Of a stretch of 40,383 nt of DNA, positions 28,861-38,453 are shown one piece after another (the first letter of the stretch is position 1; every line of letters starts with the position of its first letter). Under the pieces are notes generated by a model that saw only the letters and a program-made list of their open reading frames with translations, was not told the DNA's origin and ran no database searches. The translations under genes and the position numbers were made by a program. The DNA comes from a virus, in IMG/VR virus record IMGVR_UViG_3300022542_001227, positions 1 through 40,383 of that record; one strand, written 5' to 3'.

Positions 28861-31509
28861 TCACCCATCAAATTTTTCATACCCTAGTACCTGCATTCTA
28901 GTACCATTTCCATCTTCATAAATTGTATATTCTGCACATGTCATTGTTCTAGGGCTTCCAATCCATCTTGCACCTTGTGCTACAAAAGTTCTTCCAACAC
29001 GTAATCTTACATCAGCATATGCATCTATTGGTGTCCAAATTGGATAATGTTGTGCACGTGCAAGTTCACCTTCACCAATTGCAACCAGTGTAAGATAATC
29101 TGAAAACCTATTTGCATTCACTGGCAGTATTCTAGCATTTGCAGTTACACCAGTTGCAGTACTTACTATTGCATCTTTCAAAAATCTTAGTTCTGTCATT
29201 CTAAGTTTTACTGTATCAATTACAAAATTACCGCCTGTAGTAGGAAATGCTAAAGTAGTAAAGAATTGTGTAATTTGTTCTTGAAACAAATCAAGGAAAC
29301 TATCTTGTGAGCCTTTGTAAAAGAATGTATCAGTGTATGATCCTTTATAGAACCAACCAAATTCTACTACTTTTTCCCAATCAAATTGAATTCCAGTAAA
29401 CTCTTTTTCCTTCAATGTAAAGTCTGTTGGTAATACGTAGCCAAGTATTTGTTCTAATTCATCAATTCTTAATTCATGTAGTCTGTAACTTTTTGCTTGT
29501 GGCCCTGCATCTGCTTTTATTTTTCCCCATCCTTTAGCATTTTCAATATTTGCATCTGTATAGATTACACGATCTTGTAAGTCACGCCACCACAATACAC
29601 CAGGAATATTTGGCATTCCATCAATTCTATTATTAGATGCATCACGAAAATCTAATTCCTGTTTGAATTCAATTCCACGAATTGCCCCAAGGTTCATTGT
29701 TTTAACACCACCATTTGATGTTGCATTATCACCAGATACAATATCAAATTCTAAATTATTTGTATCAAGAAATGGTACATTAAAAACATCACCAGGTGAT
29801 AATGCACCTTTACTTCTATGTGGTGAATACACTCTATAAGACCAGCCAGCCCATCTACTTGCAAGATTTTGTGCTTTTCTTATAAAGTTCCAATCAAATT
29901 CAAATTCAATTGCAGAATTTGCAACACCATCTGGCCCTGTTGCAAGTCTAATTGCTTTAACTGGATGAAATGGTGATGCAACATTTGCATTTGCTGTAAG
30001 TGTCCAATCAGGTAACCACACAGTACCGTTAAATCTAAAAATTTGTCCTAGTCTTCTTACATGTACAGTATCATCTGTTACAGGATTTTTTGAAAATTGC
30101 CAATCTGCACCGCCTTCTTTGAATGCATCCCACTGTGCAATTTGTCCACCATGTCCAGCCCAATCACCAGTACCACCATTTACAAGCCAGCGTTTCCCAT
30201 GTACAATTTCACCAGATGGTATTGATGTTGGATCAACTATAAAATCTTCTGGATCTTTTATTGAAACAGATTCAAATTCATTTGTTGCATCTGTTCTATC
30301 ATAGTTTGGTACTACAATATTCATATCAACAAACATTGTTTCATAAAATGCGTCACCAGTAGGATCATCACCACTTCCCATTGCCTTCCATAAATCAACA
30401 GAAGTTGTAAGTGGTGTATGTCTTATTGCAGTGCTCAGGTTTTCCCATTGAACTGGTGATGAAGAAGGTGTATTACCAAGGTTTGATGCCACAAGTGATT
30501 TGAAAAGTTGATTGTTTGATTTAACAAAGTCACCTTTGATGTAAGTGATTATGGCAGAATAAACATCAGAAATTGTTGCATGTGCATAATCAGATGCAAA
30601 TATTGTGTGAGCTAGTGGTATTGTGTGTATTCCATTTGCAGCACGTACAAGTGCAACATTCTTAAAATTTTTATTATTTATAATGTGGTTGTGTTTTTTT
30701 TCATAAACATTTTGTGAACCTGCTGCACGTGCAGCATCAAGTATTACACCAGTGGATACTGATCCAACATCTTCTGCAAATACTTCAATTTCATTTGTTC
30801 TAGTTGGGTGTGTTACATAAAACCAATAAGAATCTGTAAAATTTCCACCAACTAATGCAGGTTTTGAAACTTTTTGTATAATTTCTTCAAGTAATGTTTG
30901 GGTTGATTTGAATGCACCAGGTAGCCAATCTTGTTTAATAAATTGTTCATTTGGTAAATCTATATTTCCAGAAGTGAATGAAAAAAATGGCGCACCTGCA
31001 CCAAGACTTACTGTTAAATCACCAAGCCAATTTCTAAATGCTTCACTTGGTGTTTTTAGTTTTTGTGGTGATGATTCATAATATTCTCTACCTCTTTGTG
31101 CAATATCAATTAATGTTAGTACTACAAGTTCACCTTTTTCATCAGCATCTTGTGATGCTTCTGTAATTTCATATCTAACTAATTCACCAACCCTTCCAAG
31201 TGGATCAGGGTGTCCTGGTTCACCTGGCCTAGTATGTTGGAATTTTTGGTATTCAACATAGTATGCTGCATATGCTTCTGGTTCAACAAGTAATGGTGCT
31301 ACTGTTGTAAATAATCCATTCTTGGCCCTAAGTGTTAATGTGGCATTTCTATTTTTCTTAATTACTGAAAAACTAAATGCACCTTCTTTTCTATGTCGTG
31401 TTAAATTTCCATCAGTTGCATCACCATTTACAGAAATTACAATTCTATCAGTAGTTCTTGTTGCATCAACAAGTGTAAGTACTGTTGTGTATTCAGTTGT
31501 TGCACTCAT
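28861..31509 (-). CDS. Large tail / baseplate hub protein with CBM5/12-like segment (882 aa)
   Basis: Largest structural gene, located after the tape-measure-like and distal-tail-like genes. YIKGDFVKSNNQLFKSLVASNLGNTPSSSPVQW resembles the Y.xGD.V...Y.a...G..P.....W carbohydrate-binding repeat. Confidence 0.6.
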   Translation of the reverse strand: MSATTEYTTVLTLVDATRTTDRIVISVNGDATDGNLTRHRKEGAFSFSVIKKNRNATLTLRAKNGLFTTVAPLLVEPEAYAAYYVEYQKFQHTRPGEPGHPDPLGRVGELVRYEITEASQDADEKGELVVLTLIDIAQRGREYYESSPQKLKTPSEAFRNWLGDLTVSLGAGAPFFSFTSGNIDLPNEQFIKQDWLPGAFKSTQTLLEEIIQKVSKPALVGGNFTDSYWFYVTHPTRTNEIEVFAEDVGSVSTGVILDAARAAGSQNVYEKKHNHIINNKNFKNVALVRAANGIHTIPLAHTIFASDYAHATISDVYSAIITYIKGDFVKSNNQLFKSLVASNLGNTPSSSPVQWENLSTAIRHTPLTTSVDLWKAMGSGDDPTGDAFYETMFVDMNIVVPNYDRTDATNEFESVSIKDPEDFIVDPTSIPSGEIVHGKRWLVNGGTGDWAGHGGQIAQWDAFKEGGADWQFSKNPVTDDTVHVRRLGQIFRFNGTVWLPDWTLTANANVASPFHPVKAIRLATGPDGVANSAIEFEFDWNFIRKAQNLASRWAGWSYRVYSPHRSKGALSPGDVFNVPFLDTNNLEFDIVSGDNATSNGGVKTMNLGAIRGIEFKQELDFRDASNNRIDGMPNIPGVLWWRDLQDRVIYTDANIENAKGWGKIKADAGPQAKSYRLHELRIDELEQILGYVLPTDFTLKEKEFTGIQFDWEKVVEFGWFYKGSYTDTFFYKGSQDSFLDLFQEQITQFFTTLAFPTTGGNFVIDTVKLRMTELRFLKDAIVSTATGVTANARILPVNANRFSDYLTLVAIGEGELARAQHYPIWTPIDAYADVRLRVGRTFVAQGARWIGSPRTMTCAEYTIYEDGNGTRMQVLGYEKFDG

Positions 31510-32018
31510 GGCCCTGCAGTTTTTTGATTACCGCCAAGTGTTGCAGTTAGAATAATTGTTACTGCTTCATTTCCAGAAGTATAAGATACTGGTGCACGGT
31601 CATATGTATAGCCAAATGCATTTGTAGGATCTACATCAAAATCACCAAGTTTTGGATGGAAGAAACCAAAAATTCCAAATTCGTGATAAGCAGGTTCTAC
31701 TGGAATAAGATTCATAAAATCATTTAATTTTGTACGCCATGCTGCTTGGTCAACATCTGATTTTATTGTTAGTTCTAATCTTCTACCAAAATTTCCATTG
31801 TATTGTTTTTCAATAATTGGATCACTAGCTGGATCATAATGTGGGTCATTTGATGTATTAATTTGTGGTTCTTGTTGTGAATCAATTAATGAATTAAATT
31901 CATCACCTTCAAGAACTTGTAATGGTTTTGCTGCAATCAATTTATCTAGTGTGTCATAGAGTGGATCAGATTTCTTTGTATTAGTATCACGCCAAAATAA
32001 AACAAAATCAGAAGGCAT
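31506..32018 (-). CDS. Tail-module protein (170 aa), distal-tail-like by position
   Basis: Track ORF with a 4-nt overlap with the hub gene. Confidence 0.45.
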   Translation of the reverse strand: MPSDFVLFWRDTNTKKSDPLYDTLDKLIAAKPLQVLEGDEFNSLIDSQQEPQINTSNDPHYDPASDPIIEKQYNGNFGRRLELTIKSDVDQAAWRTKLNDFMNLIPVEPAYHEFGIFGFFHPKLGDFDVDPTNAFGYTYDRAPVSYTSGNEAVTIILTATLGGNQKTAGP

Positions 32019-32024
32019 TATTAA

Positions 32025-32822
32025 TTACCGCCCATATGGAACACGTGTAATTCTTGTTCTGTTGTGTCCATCTCTTAGATTCATTGTATTACTTCTAATT
32101 TCTTGCCCTGGTTTTAAAGTTCTACTATTTGCAAAGTATAGTTTTGCAGAAATAATTGATTCTTCAAACTGTAAATCAATGATAGTTTTTACATCATCCT
32201 TGACTGGTTTTCTAGGATCACGTATACCGCCCCTACCATAACTATCAATCCATAACTGTAATGCTGCTTGTGCAATCATTGCAACAATTGCTACTGGTAG
32301 AACAAATTTTGTTATGCTCATTAATCCTTGACTGAAAAATACTTTACCAGCATTTCCACCTGCTGCAGCACCAAGTACACCAAATTTAGAAAATGCTTTT
32401 GTTAATCCCTTTGTGGCTTTTTCTTGAATGATCAGTCTTTTGTTCATTTGTTGTACAAGGTTTAGTTTCTGGATTGGTGCACCTGCACCACTGATTAATG
32501 ATTTAGTTTTTCCTGTAATTCCTAGTTTCTGAAAAATTTTATTTGTAATTGTTAGTTCTTCTGCTGCTTGAATTTTTTTTATTTTCTGTTTCTGTAATAT
32601 TCCAGATTCATCACCACGCCCACCAAGCAATCCAAGTACACCAAGTTTTCTTTGCTTTCTGGTAATTGCACCAGGTAATGCTGGGCCAACTCTTTGTGCA
32701 ATTTTTGCACTGGCTATATCATTACGTGCTGCTAGTTTTTCTTGTTGTACTACATCACGTTCTAATTCTTTAAGATCATTTTTAGATAAAATTTTGAGTT
32801 TACCACGTTCAATTACTGCCAT
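32025..32822 (-). CDS. Tape-measure-like / internal virion protein with one TM helix (265 aa)
   Basis: Helical K/Q/G-rich sequence with GAG repeats and the hydrophobic helix FVLPVAIVAMIAQAALQLWI. Positioned before the tail hub. Its short length would imply a short tail. Confidence 0.4.
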   Translation of the reverse strand: MAVIERGKLKILSKNDLKELERDVVQQEKLAARNDIASAKIAQRVGPALPGAITRKQRKLGVLGLLGGRGDESGILQKQKIKKIQAAEELTITNKIFQKLGITGKTKSLISGAGAPIQKLNLVQQMNKRLIIQEKATKGLTKAFSKFGVLGAAAGGNAGKVFFSQGLMSITKFVLPVAIVAMIAQAALQLWIDSYGRGGIRDPRKPVKDDVKTIIDLQFEESIISAKLYFANSRTLKPGQEIRSNTMNLRDGHNRTRITRVPYGR

Positions 32823-32839
32823 GTAATTGGATTATAATG

Positions 32840-33373
32840 CTAGGATTTTAAGATTTTTTCAAACATTTGATCCGTTTCTTGGTCAAGTTTTGCTTGTGCA
32901 GCAGGGTTATTTTCTCTATTTACATCACGTACAATATGTGTTGCATCTATTCCTGGCCTAAAATGTCCAAATGAAAATAATCTTATTCCCTGTTGAATCC
33001 ATGTAAGTGCTAGTTTGAATATTGGTCTAAGAAATACACCTTCTGTTCCTTCTTCCCTACCTTTAGCAACATCAAATCCACCATCTGCTTCATAATCAGA
33101 TATAATTGCATAATCAAGTATTCCATCACCACCAATGTTTACTTCAAGAACACGTGTTGAATCAATAATTTTTCTACTATAACCTGCTGCTTCCATTTTT
33201 TTTTGCATTGGATCAATTAATTCTTCATTTAAAATTCTTGTTGCTTGAATTTCTAAGAAACCTGGGTATTGCTGTTGAATCTGCATTACTTTAAATAATC
33301 TTTGTAGTACTTTTTTTCTACCTTTTTTAATACCAATTGATTGAATTCTTTTTGATTTAATTTGTGTGGACAT
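32840..33373 (-). CDS. Head-tail joining / tail completion candidate (177 aa)
   Basis: Position in the morphogenetic array only. Confidence 0.4.
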   Translation of the reverse strand: MSTQIKSKRIQSIGIKKGRKKVLQRLFKVMQIQQQYPGFLEIQATRILNEELIDPMQKKMEAAGYSRKIIDSTRVLEVNIGGDGILDYAIISDYEADGGFDVAKGREEGTEGVFLRPIFKLALTWIQQGIRLFSFGHFRPGIDATHIVRDVNRENNPAAQAKLDQETDQMFEKILKS

Positions 33374-33375
33374 TA

Positions 33376-33879
33376 CTATGATGCTTGCCTATGACCTTCT
33401 TTTACATCTTCCATTATTTCACCAGCAATTTCAATTTCTTGTGCACCAAGTCCTTCTTCACGTGGAATATCTCTAATTGTTTCAACTGTTGCAATAAATT
33501 GTCTTCGTATGAATTTATTAACTGCACTATCTGCTTCATCAATTCCTTCAAATGCACCAGTAACAATTTCATTATCAGTATTTATTTTTCTTCTAAACCA
33601 TGAAATCGTTTTAACATCAGTTGGTGGATCTGTAGTATCAAATAAATCTGCAGTTTTCTTTACAACAAGTCTATAAGTTGATGAATTACCAGTTGATTTT
33701 TTTCTTTTTTTACCAGCAGCAGAATAAAACTTTTCACTATCTGCTTGATCAAGCATTTCAAGAGTTATAGGATGATCAAATGTGAATAATACACCAGTGG
33801 AATGATTACCATTATCATAAATTCCAAAAATACCTTTAAAAATTCCAACAAGATCTGCTTCTTGATTCCAGGCTGGCAT
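33376..33879 (-). CDS. Virion morphogenesis protein (167 aa)
   Basis: Position only. Confidence 0.4.
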   Translation of the reverse strand: MPAWNQEADLVGIFKGIFGIYDNGNHSTGVLFTFDHPITLEMLDQADSEKFYSAAGKKRKKSTGNSSTYRLVVKKTADLFDTTDPPTDVKTISWFRRKINTDNEIVTGAFEGIDEADSAVNKFIRRQFIATVETIRDIPREEGLGAQEIEIAGEIMEDVKEGHRQAS

Positions 33880-33908
33880 GATTATTTCATAAAGTCCAAC
33901 TAAATAAG

Positions 33909-34706
33909 TTAATTGATTATTTCCATCATTACGTCTAATGTTTCAATTGAATTGAATGGTGCACCATTTTCAACAACTGTTAGATAACCAACTTTATTTT
34001 CACTTACACCGTTTCTTTTGAAAACTGCAGTAATCTTTGCACGTGTTCTTTTTAATGATCTTAATTCTGTGGCCCTTACATCAGTGTATCCAATTACAAA
34101 GAAGAATTGGTGATCTTCATTAATTGGAAAAGTTTTGGTTCTAACATTTGCTGCATTAAACACGCTTTCAACATTATCTTCTTCACGTTCAATTGGTTTA
34201 TCATATACTTGTGCATCTGCAATTATGCCAATTGTTATTGTATTTTGGCCACCTAATACTACACCAGTTTCAGTTGCTTGTGTTTCTTGGATTTCAAATA
34301 TTAGTGTGGATTGAATACCATTTACTTTTTTAGGGTTTACTTTAATGGGCCCACGTGTGAAATCTCTTTTTTCAAGTACTACTTTACCAACTGTTAAATC
34401 TTGATCTGCATCAAGTGTTGCTGCAACTAATAATGCAAGTATGTTTTGTTCAGTGGTTCTAAGATTTTCAGTACTAGCACTTCTATCACCGCCATATCTA
34501 TCATAAATAATAACTTGGAATCTGTTTGAAACTTCTGTAACATCTTTTTCTACTGTGTCCATTTCTGGTTTGACATTTTGAACTTCAACACTTGGATAAA
34601 GTCTTTGTGATGGTAATTGTTCTTCTGAAAAATATCTAATATAGGGATATGGTGTTGTTGCTTCTTTGATTATATCAAGGATTTCTTCACTTCTAAAAGT
34701 TGTCAA
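33909..34706 (-). CDS. Virion structural protein (265 aa), possible tail tube or major tail protein
   Basis: Position only. TTG start 1 nt after the upstream stop. Confidence 0.4.
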   Translation of the reverse strand: MTTFRSEEILDIIKEATTPYPYIRYFSEEQLPSQRLYPSVEVQNVKPEMDTVEKDVTEVSNRFQVIIYDRYGGDRSASTENLRTTEQNILALLVAATLDADQDLTVGKVVLEKRDFTRGPIKVNPKKVNGIQSTLIFEIQETQATETGVVLGGQNTITIGIIADAQVYDKPIEREEDNVESVFNAANVRTKTFPINEDHQFFFVIGYTDVRATELRSLKRTRAKITAVFKRNGVSENKVGYLTVVENGAPFNSIETLDVMMEIIN

Positions 34707-34707
34707 A

Positions 34708-35136
34708 CTATGCCACTATGATCCAATTAACGCCATCACTAACTAGGGTAATTGAATCATATTGTGATGATAAAACATTTGTTGCAGCACCATCAATTGT
34801 TTCAGCATTAGCTGGATCAATTGTTACAGAATTTGCACTAACATCTATTTTTTTAATTATAATTTGTTTGCCAGTTCTATTTGCTGAACCAAGTAAATTT
34901 ACTGTTGCAGCACCAAGTGTTGCATCTACTAGAATAATATCATCATTTTCAATTTGTGTGTATGGTGTTGTTGTAATTGATTTTATTGATTTTTTCTTAA
35001 CTTCACCAAGTTCAATTCCTTTTGTTTCAAAATTACTACTTCCATCATCAGCATCAATTAGAAATACATGTGTGGATCTAAGTACTGTTTCTTTGGTTCT
35101 TTGATTAATTTCATCAGTAGAATTCTTTGCTGCCAT
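34708..35136 (-). CDS. Small beta-rich structural protein (142 aa)
   Basis: C-terminal pattern DDIILVDATLGAATVNLLGSANRTGKQIIIKKIDVSANSVTIDP...TIDG...SITLVSDGVNWIIV is typical of small fibre or decoration domains. Confidence 0.45.
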   Translation of the reverse strand: MAAKNSTDEINQRTKETVLRSTHVFLIDADDGSSNFETKGIELGEVKKKSIKSITTTPYTQIENDDIILVDATLGAATVNLLGSANRTGKQIIIKKIDVSANSVTIDPANAETIDGAATNVLSSQYDSITLVSDGVNWIIVA

Positions 35137-35169
35137 ATGAAATATTGTTTAATTGCATAGATAAAAGGA

Positions 35170-35373
35170 TTATCTATACATGACATTGAAATATTTTTTG
35201 AATGTGGAATTGTTCAAGCCATCAATATATGTATCCAGATAGCATTTTTTGCATTCATTACACCACCATCCAATAGGAACAAACCCACGTTTTCCAGCAT
35301 TAGATCTTACATACAATCTTGACATCAAAATTCTATATTGATGTTTCATACAATGAATTACCCTGTATCCCAT
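35170..35373 (-). CDS. Cys/His-rich small protein (67 aa)
   Basis: HCMKH ... WWCNECKKC. An ATG 9 nt downstream of the CATTGTATACAATG palindrome. Confidence 0.5.
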   Translation of the reverse strand: MGYRVIHCMKHQYRILMSRLYVRSNAGKRGFVPIGWWCNECKKCYLDTYIDGLNNSTFKKYFNVMYR

Positions 35374-35380
35374 ACCTGCA

Positions 35381-35393
35381 CATTGTATACAAT
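35381..35393. repeat. CATTGTATACAAT palindrome, copy 4
   Basis: Read directly. Lies just upstream of the ATG at 35373. Confidence 0.75.
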
Positions 35394-35407
35394 AAGCAGG
35401 TTAAAAA

Positions 35408-35427
35408 GATTCTAAATTAGAACCATT
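35408..35427 (-). promoter_or_regulatory. Near-palindromic 20-mer, copy 3 (3 mismatches)
   Basis: Gene-sense AATGGTTCTAATTTAGAATC, inside the composite element 35381-35460. Confidence 0.45.
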
Positions 35428-35439
35428 TCCAGGGGTGTT

Positions 35440-35458
35440 ACCAGGTAACTGGCCTGGA
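35440..35458. repeat. 19-bp hairpin repeat, copy 3 (1 mismatch)
   Basis: accaggtaactggcctgga. 23 nt including the flanks match 19823-19845 with 1 mismatch. Confidence 0.8.
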
Positions 35459-35983
35459 TTAACTCACTGTATTATTAATAATATTAGTACTTGATTTTAC
35501 TTCAATTGCTGCAAGTACTTTATTTGTGCCAACAAATTTTATATATTTTCCATCAGTTGTTAAAATTTTTGTTGCTCTACGAAAATCAGAAGTGAAATCA
35601 AGAATATCACCTGATACTGCACCAAAATGTTCTGTAATGTATCCTTCAAGTGATTCTTCTGCAGGTTCCATTCTATCAATGTTTTCACTAAAGTCATGTT
35701 CAAGCATTGCAATAACAAGATCATCTGCAATTGCACGAATATGATCATCAATTGGTGCTTGGTAAGTTTTAGAATAATCATCAATTAATTCAGTTGTTCC
35801 ACTTAGTGGTAAAATAATTCTAAATCCATTTACATCAAAGTTTCCCATTCTGGCCCTAAGAGCAGAATTTATCTTACTATCAGTATTTCTTTGTGCTACT
35901 TCAACATCTTCTACTTTGTATCTTGAACCAGTTCTAGATTGTATTTTATCCCTTTTAGAATAAACTGCAACATAGTCTGCCAT
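35459..35983 (-). CDS. Head completion / connector candidate (174 aa)
   Basis: First gene after the capsid gene. Preceded by the 30-bp conserved intergenic element. Confidence 0.45.
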   Translation of the reverse strand: MADYVAVYSKRDKIQSRTGSRYKVEDVEVAQRNTDSKINSALRARMGNFDVNGFRIILPLSGTTELIDDYSKTYQAPIDDHIRAIADDLVIAMLEHDFSENIDRMEPAEESLEGYITEHFGAVSGDILDFTSDFRRATKILTTDGKYIKFVGTNKVLAAIEVKSSTNIINNTVS

Positions 35984-35988
35984 GTATT

Positions 35989-36018
35989 ATTAAAATAAAA
36001 AAAGAAGATAAAGGTTTC
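35989..36018 (-). repeat. 30-bp conserved intergenic element, copy B
   Basis: Identical to 25571-25600. Lies between the capsid gene stop and the ATG at 35983. Confidence 0.8.
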
Positions 36019-36020
36019 TT

Positions 36021-38453
36021 CTAGATAGTGTTTCTACTAGTTAGTCTACATGTTGAATCTTTGATTTTACAAAATGCACCAGTTTTCATAGATGCAGTTG
36101 CAAATACAGATTGCTGTCTGGATACCCTTTCAGCATCAACTTGTAGTTCCCTACCAGTAACAAATCCAAATGAAACAGTTGGAACGAACATTACAGATCT
36201 ACTTACCGTAGTAGTAGTTGGGTGTGTTGCAAGACTGTTTGTTGTGATTAATTGTACCCCAGATAATTTTTCAATTATTCCTTCCGTTATGATTTCAGGA
36301 AGGCTTCTTTGAACGTATCTTGAGATGTTTGTATCATTAATCAAGTCGTTTCTTGCTTGTGTAGTTGTGTACATTACTACATTTTCTACACTTAACCCAG
36401 TGTCTTCAATCTTTTTCTTACCTGCAAGTAATGCTGCAAAAGTCATTGCACCAGTTGCACCCGAATCACCGTTTGCTGTGGTGATTTCTGCAGCACTGTT
36501 ACCATTTATCCAGTGTCTATTACCCACAATGTCAACTGTATGTTTTGCACCGCCACCAGCAGGTCTTACTGCATCTGTTGCAGAATTATATGCTGTGTCG
36601 TTGTTGTATGCAGTGTTAAGAACTTGGAAGTTCTTTCTTTCTTCTGCACGCATTGCAAAACCAATGTTGACTTTTTGGATAATGTCTATTGGTAATTCTT
36701 CAAGATCAGTGAATCCGATTCTGACAAGTCCACCTTGTGCAGTTGTTTTTCCACCAGATGCATTGATTGTTACATCACTGGCTTGTAGTGCAAATCCACC
36801 ACCGCCTGCATCCATATCGGCTTCATCTGTATCAAAGAATTCTGGTATGTCAACATCATAGAATAGATGTTCTTTCTTGCCAGGGGCTAAGATTGCAGTT
36901 TCACAGAATTGCTGAATTGGTGTAACTATAATTCCGTTAGGAAATACTAGTACCAATTCACTTTGAGTTCGTTGGAAGTTATTAGGATCTGCACCACCAG
37001 CCATTCCAGCGTTTGTTGCTTCAAATGACTTTAGGTAGTCTTTACCCATAACACTCTCATAGGATTTCATTACGTGGTTTCCAAATTCATTCACATCTCG
37101 GAACTTACTAGTTACGAAGTTGTCAACGTATTGATGTGAAACCTTCCAAGTTTTATTCCAAGGTACATTTTCATCACCTCTAATCAACTTGTCAATCCAT
37201 TGTTTTGGGGCCATGTTAGCAGCTTCTATTGATTTGGTAAGTATTGAATTAACATTACTACCAAGTTTTGCTTTTTGAATAGCAGCAGTCTTTTGGGCTT
37301 CAAAAGATTTTTCTGCCATTGCTAAAAGTTGCTCGTTTAGCTTGTCCTTTACTTCCAAGGATTTCGTGTATTCCAGTTGAGCAGCAGTCCTTTGTCTAAC
37401 ATCAGCGTTTGGCCCATTATATTCAAGGTCTTTTGCTTCAATAGATTTGGTGCTTTCATTTAATTTGTCTAAAGCTTCTTTTGCTTTGACAGATGTAGCT
37501 CTTGCTTCTTTAGCAGCCTTGATAATCATTTCACCTTTTTTGATTGCTTCATCAGCTTTCTTTTTGGTTTCATCATTTTCATCTTCGGTTTCTTTTGATT
37601 TTTCCTTTTCAGGATCATCATTAGAATTATCTGCCTCAGTGCTTTCTTCTGGAAGTGGTTCTGTTTTCACAGGTATTTGTGCACCAGTGTCAGCATCAAT
37701 AATTGCCTTAGTTGTAGTAGGATTATTGGCGTTTGGCATGGTTCCACCTGCTTGTTCTGCTTCTGTAGAAGTCGTTGTTTCGTTATTTTTGGTTTCGTCA
37801 ACCATATTGTTTTGATTTTCTAGTGCACGTATATAACTACTATCTTTTTCAACTGCTTCTGTACTTAATGTTGCAATTGAAAACCCTGGTTTGAATACAA
37901 TACTATATTCTTCATAGATTGAATTTTGGATAATTTTGTAACATGCTACTTCATCACAAAATTGTGGTAAATCTGCAGGGTGTAATACTCCTTGTGAAAC
38001 ATTCATTTTTTTCAGAATTTCAGGGTTTTTATAAAATGGATCAGTGATCAGTCCTTCATGTAATAATTGTAATGTTTCAGGGTTCCACCAAGTTTTGCCA
38101 GAACCAACAACAATTTCTTCACCTGCTTCTAATCTGGCCCTGTAACTATCAGGTAGTAAATCTGGCCCAATTCCATCTGTTCCAATCATAGTTCCATGAT
38201 TTAACCAAATTGGTAATGCTATACCATCACCATGCATCAATTCACCAATAGAATACAGTTTTCCATTTGCGGATATTCCAGGATATGCAAGCATTCCATG
38301 AATTTTTGTGCCAGCATTGGTTTGTTCAAATACAATAACTTCACCATTTAATGCTTCAATTGCAGTCATTTTTGAAATATCACCACCTGCTGCTTCTAAT
38401 GATTTCATAAATTCTGCAGTTTTAATACTGCAAGGCTTGAAGCCTTCAATCAT
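36021..38453 (-). CDS. Prohead protease - scaffold (delta-like) - HK97-fold major capsid protein fusion (810 aa)
   Basis: N-terminal ~200 aa has HK97-type prohead protease blocks (ALPIWLNHG, MNVSQGVL). The middle ~180 aa is an acidic/K-rich coiled coil. The C-terminal ~380 aa is capsid-like and follows the portal gene. Confidence 0.7.
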   Translation of the reverse strand: MIEGFKPCSIKTAEFMKSLEAAGGDISKMTAIEALNGEVIVFEQTNAGTKIHGMLAYPGISANGKLYSIGELMHGDGIALPIWLNHGTMIGTDGIGPDLLPDSYRARLEAGEEIVVGSGKTWWNPETLQLLHEGLITDPFYKNPEILKKMNVSQGVLHPADLPQFCDEVACYKIIQNSIYEEYSIVFKPGFSIATLSTEAVEKDSSYIRALENQNNMVDETKNNETTTSTEAEQAGGTMPNANNPTTTKAIIDADTGAQIPVKTEPLPEESTEADNSNDDPEKEKSKETEDENDETKKKADEAIKKGEMIIKAAKEARATSVKAKEALDKLNESTKSIEAKDLEYNGPNADVRQRTAAQLEYTKSLEVKDKLNEQLLAMAEKSFEAQKTAAIQKAKLGSNVNSILTKSIEAANMAPKQWIDKLIRGDENVPWNKTWKVSHQYVDNFVTSKFRDVNEFGNHVMKSYESVMGKDYLKSFEATNAGMAGGADPNNFQRTQSELVLVFPNGIIVTPIQQFCETAILAPGKKEHLFYDVDIPEFFDTDEADMDAGGGGFALQASDVTINASGGKTTAQGGLVRIGFTDLEELPIDIIQKVNIGFAMRAEERKNFQVLNTAYNNDTAYNSATDAVRPAGGGAKHTVDIVGNRHWINGNSAAEITTANGDSGATGAMTFAALLAGKKKIEDTGLSVENVVMYTTTQARNDLINDTNISRYVQRSLPEIITEGIIEKLSGVQLITTNSLATHPTTTTVSRSVMFVPTVSFGFVTGRELQVDAERVSRQQSVFATASMKTGAFCKIKDSTCRLTSRNTI

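Noticed and set aside
28855-28862. GGGTGATC immediately upstream of the 688-aa fibre ATG as a strong Shine-Dalgarno site
   Set aside because: The sequence is also the last codons plus the TGA stop of the upstream gene. The other structural-gene junctions I checked lack SD-like motifs, so it may be coincidental.
34700-35104. 134-aa plus-strand ORF opposite 34708..35136
   Set aside because: It is an antisense shadow. The minus frame fits the tightly coupled structural operon and has a recognisable small beta-domain pattern.
36028-37815. Plus-strand track ORFs inside the capsid fusion gene (36028..36312, 36325..36861, 36513..36695, 37447..37815)
   Set aside because: They are antisense shadows of a long minus-strand gene that has clear protease, scaffold and capsid signatures. 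Their translations are low-complexity S/V/F/L-rich, and they have no promoter or coupling context.
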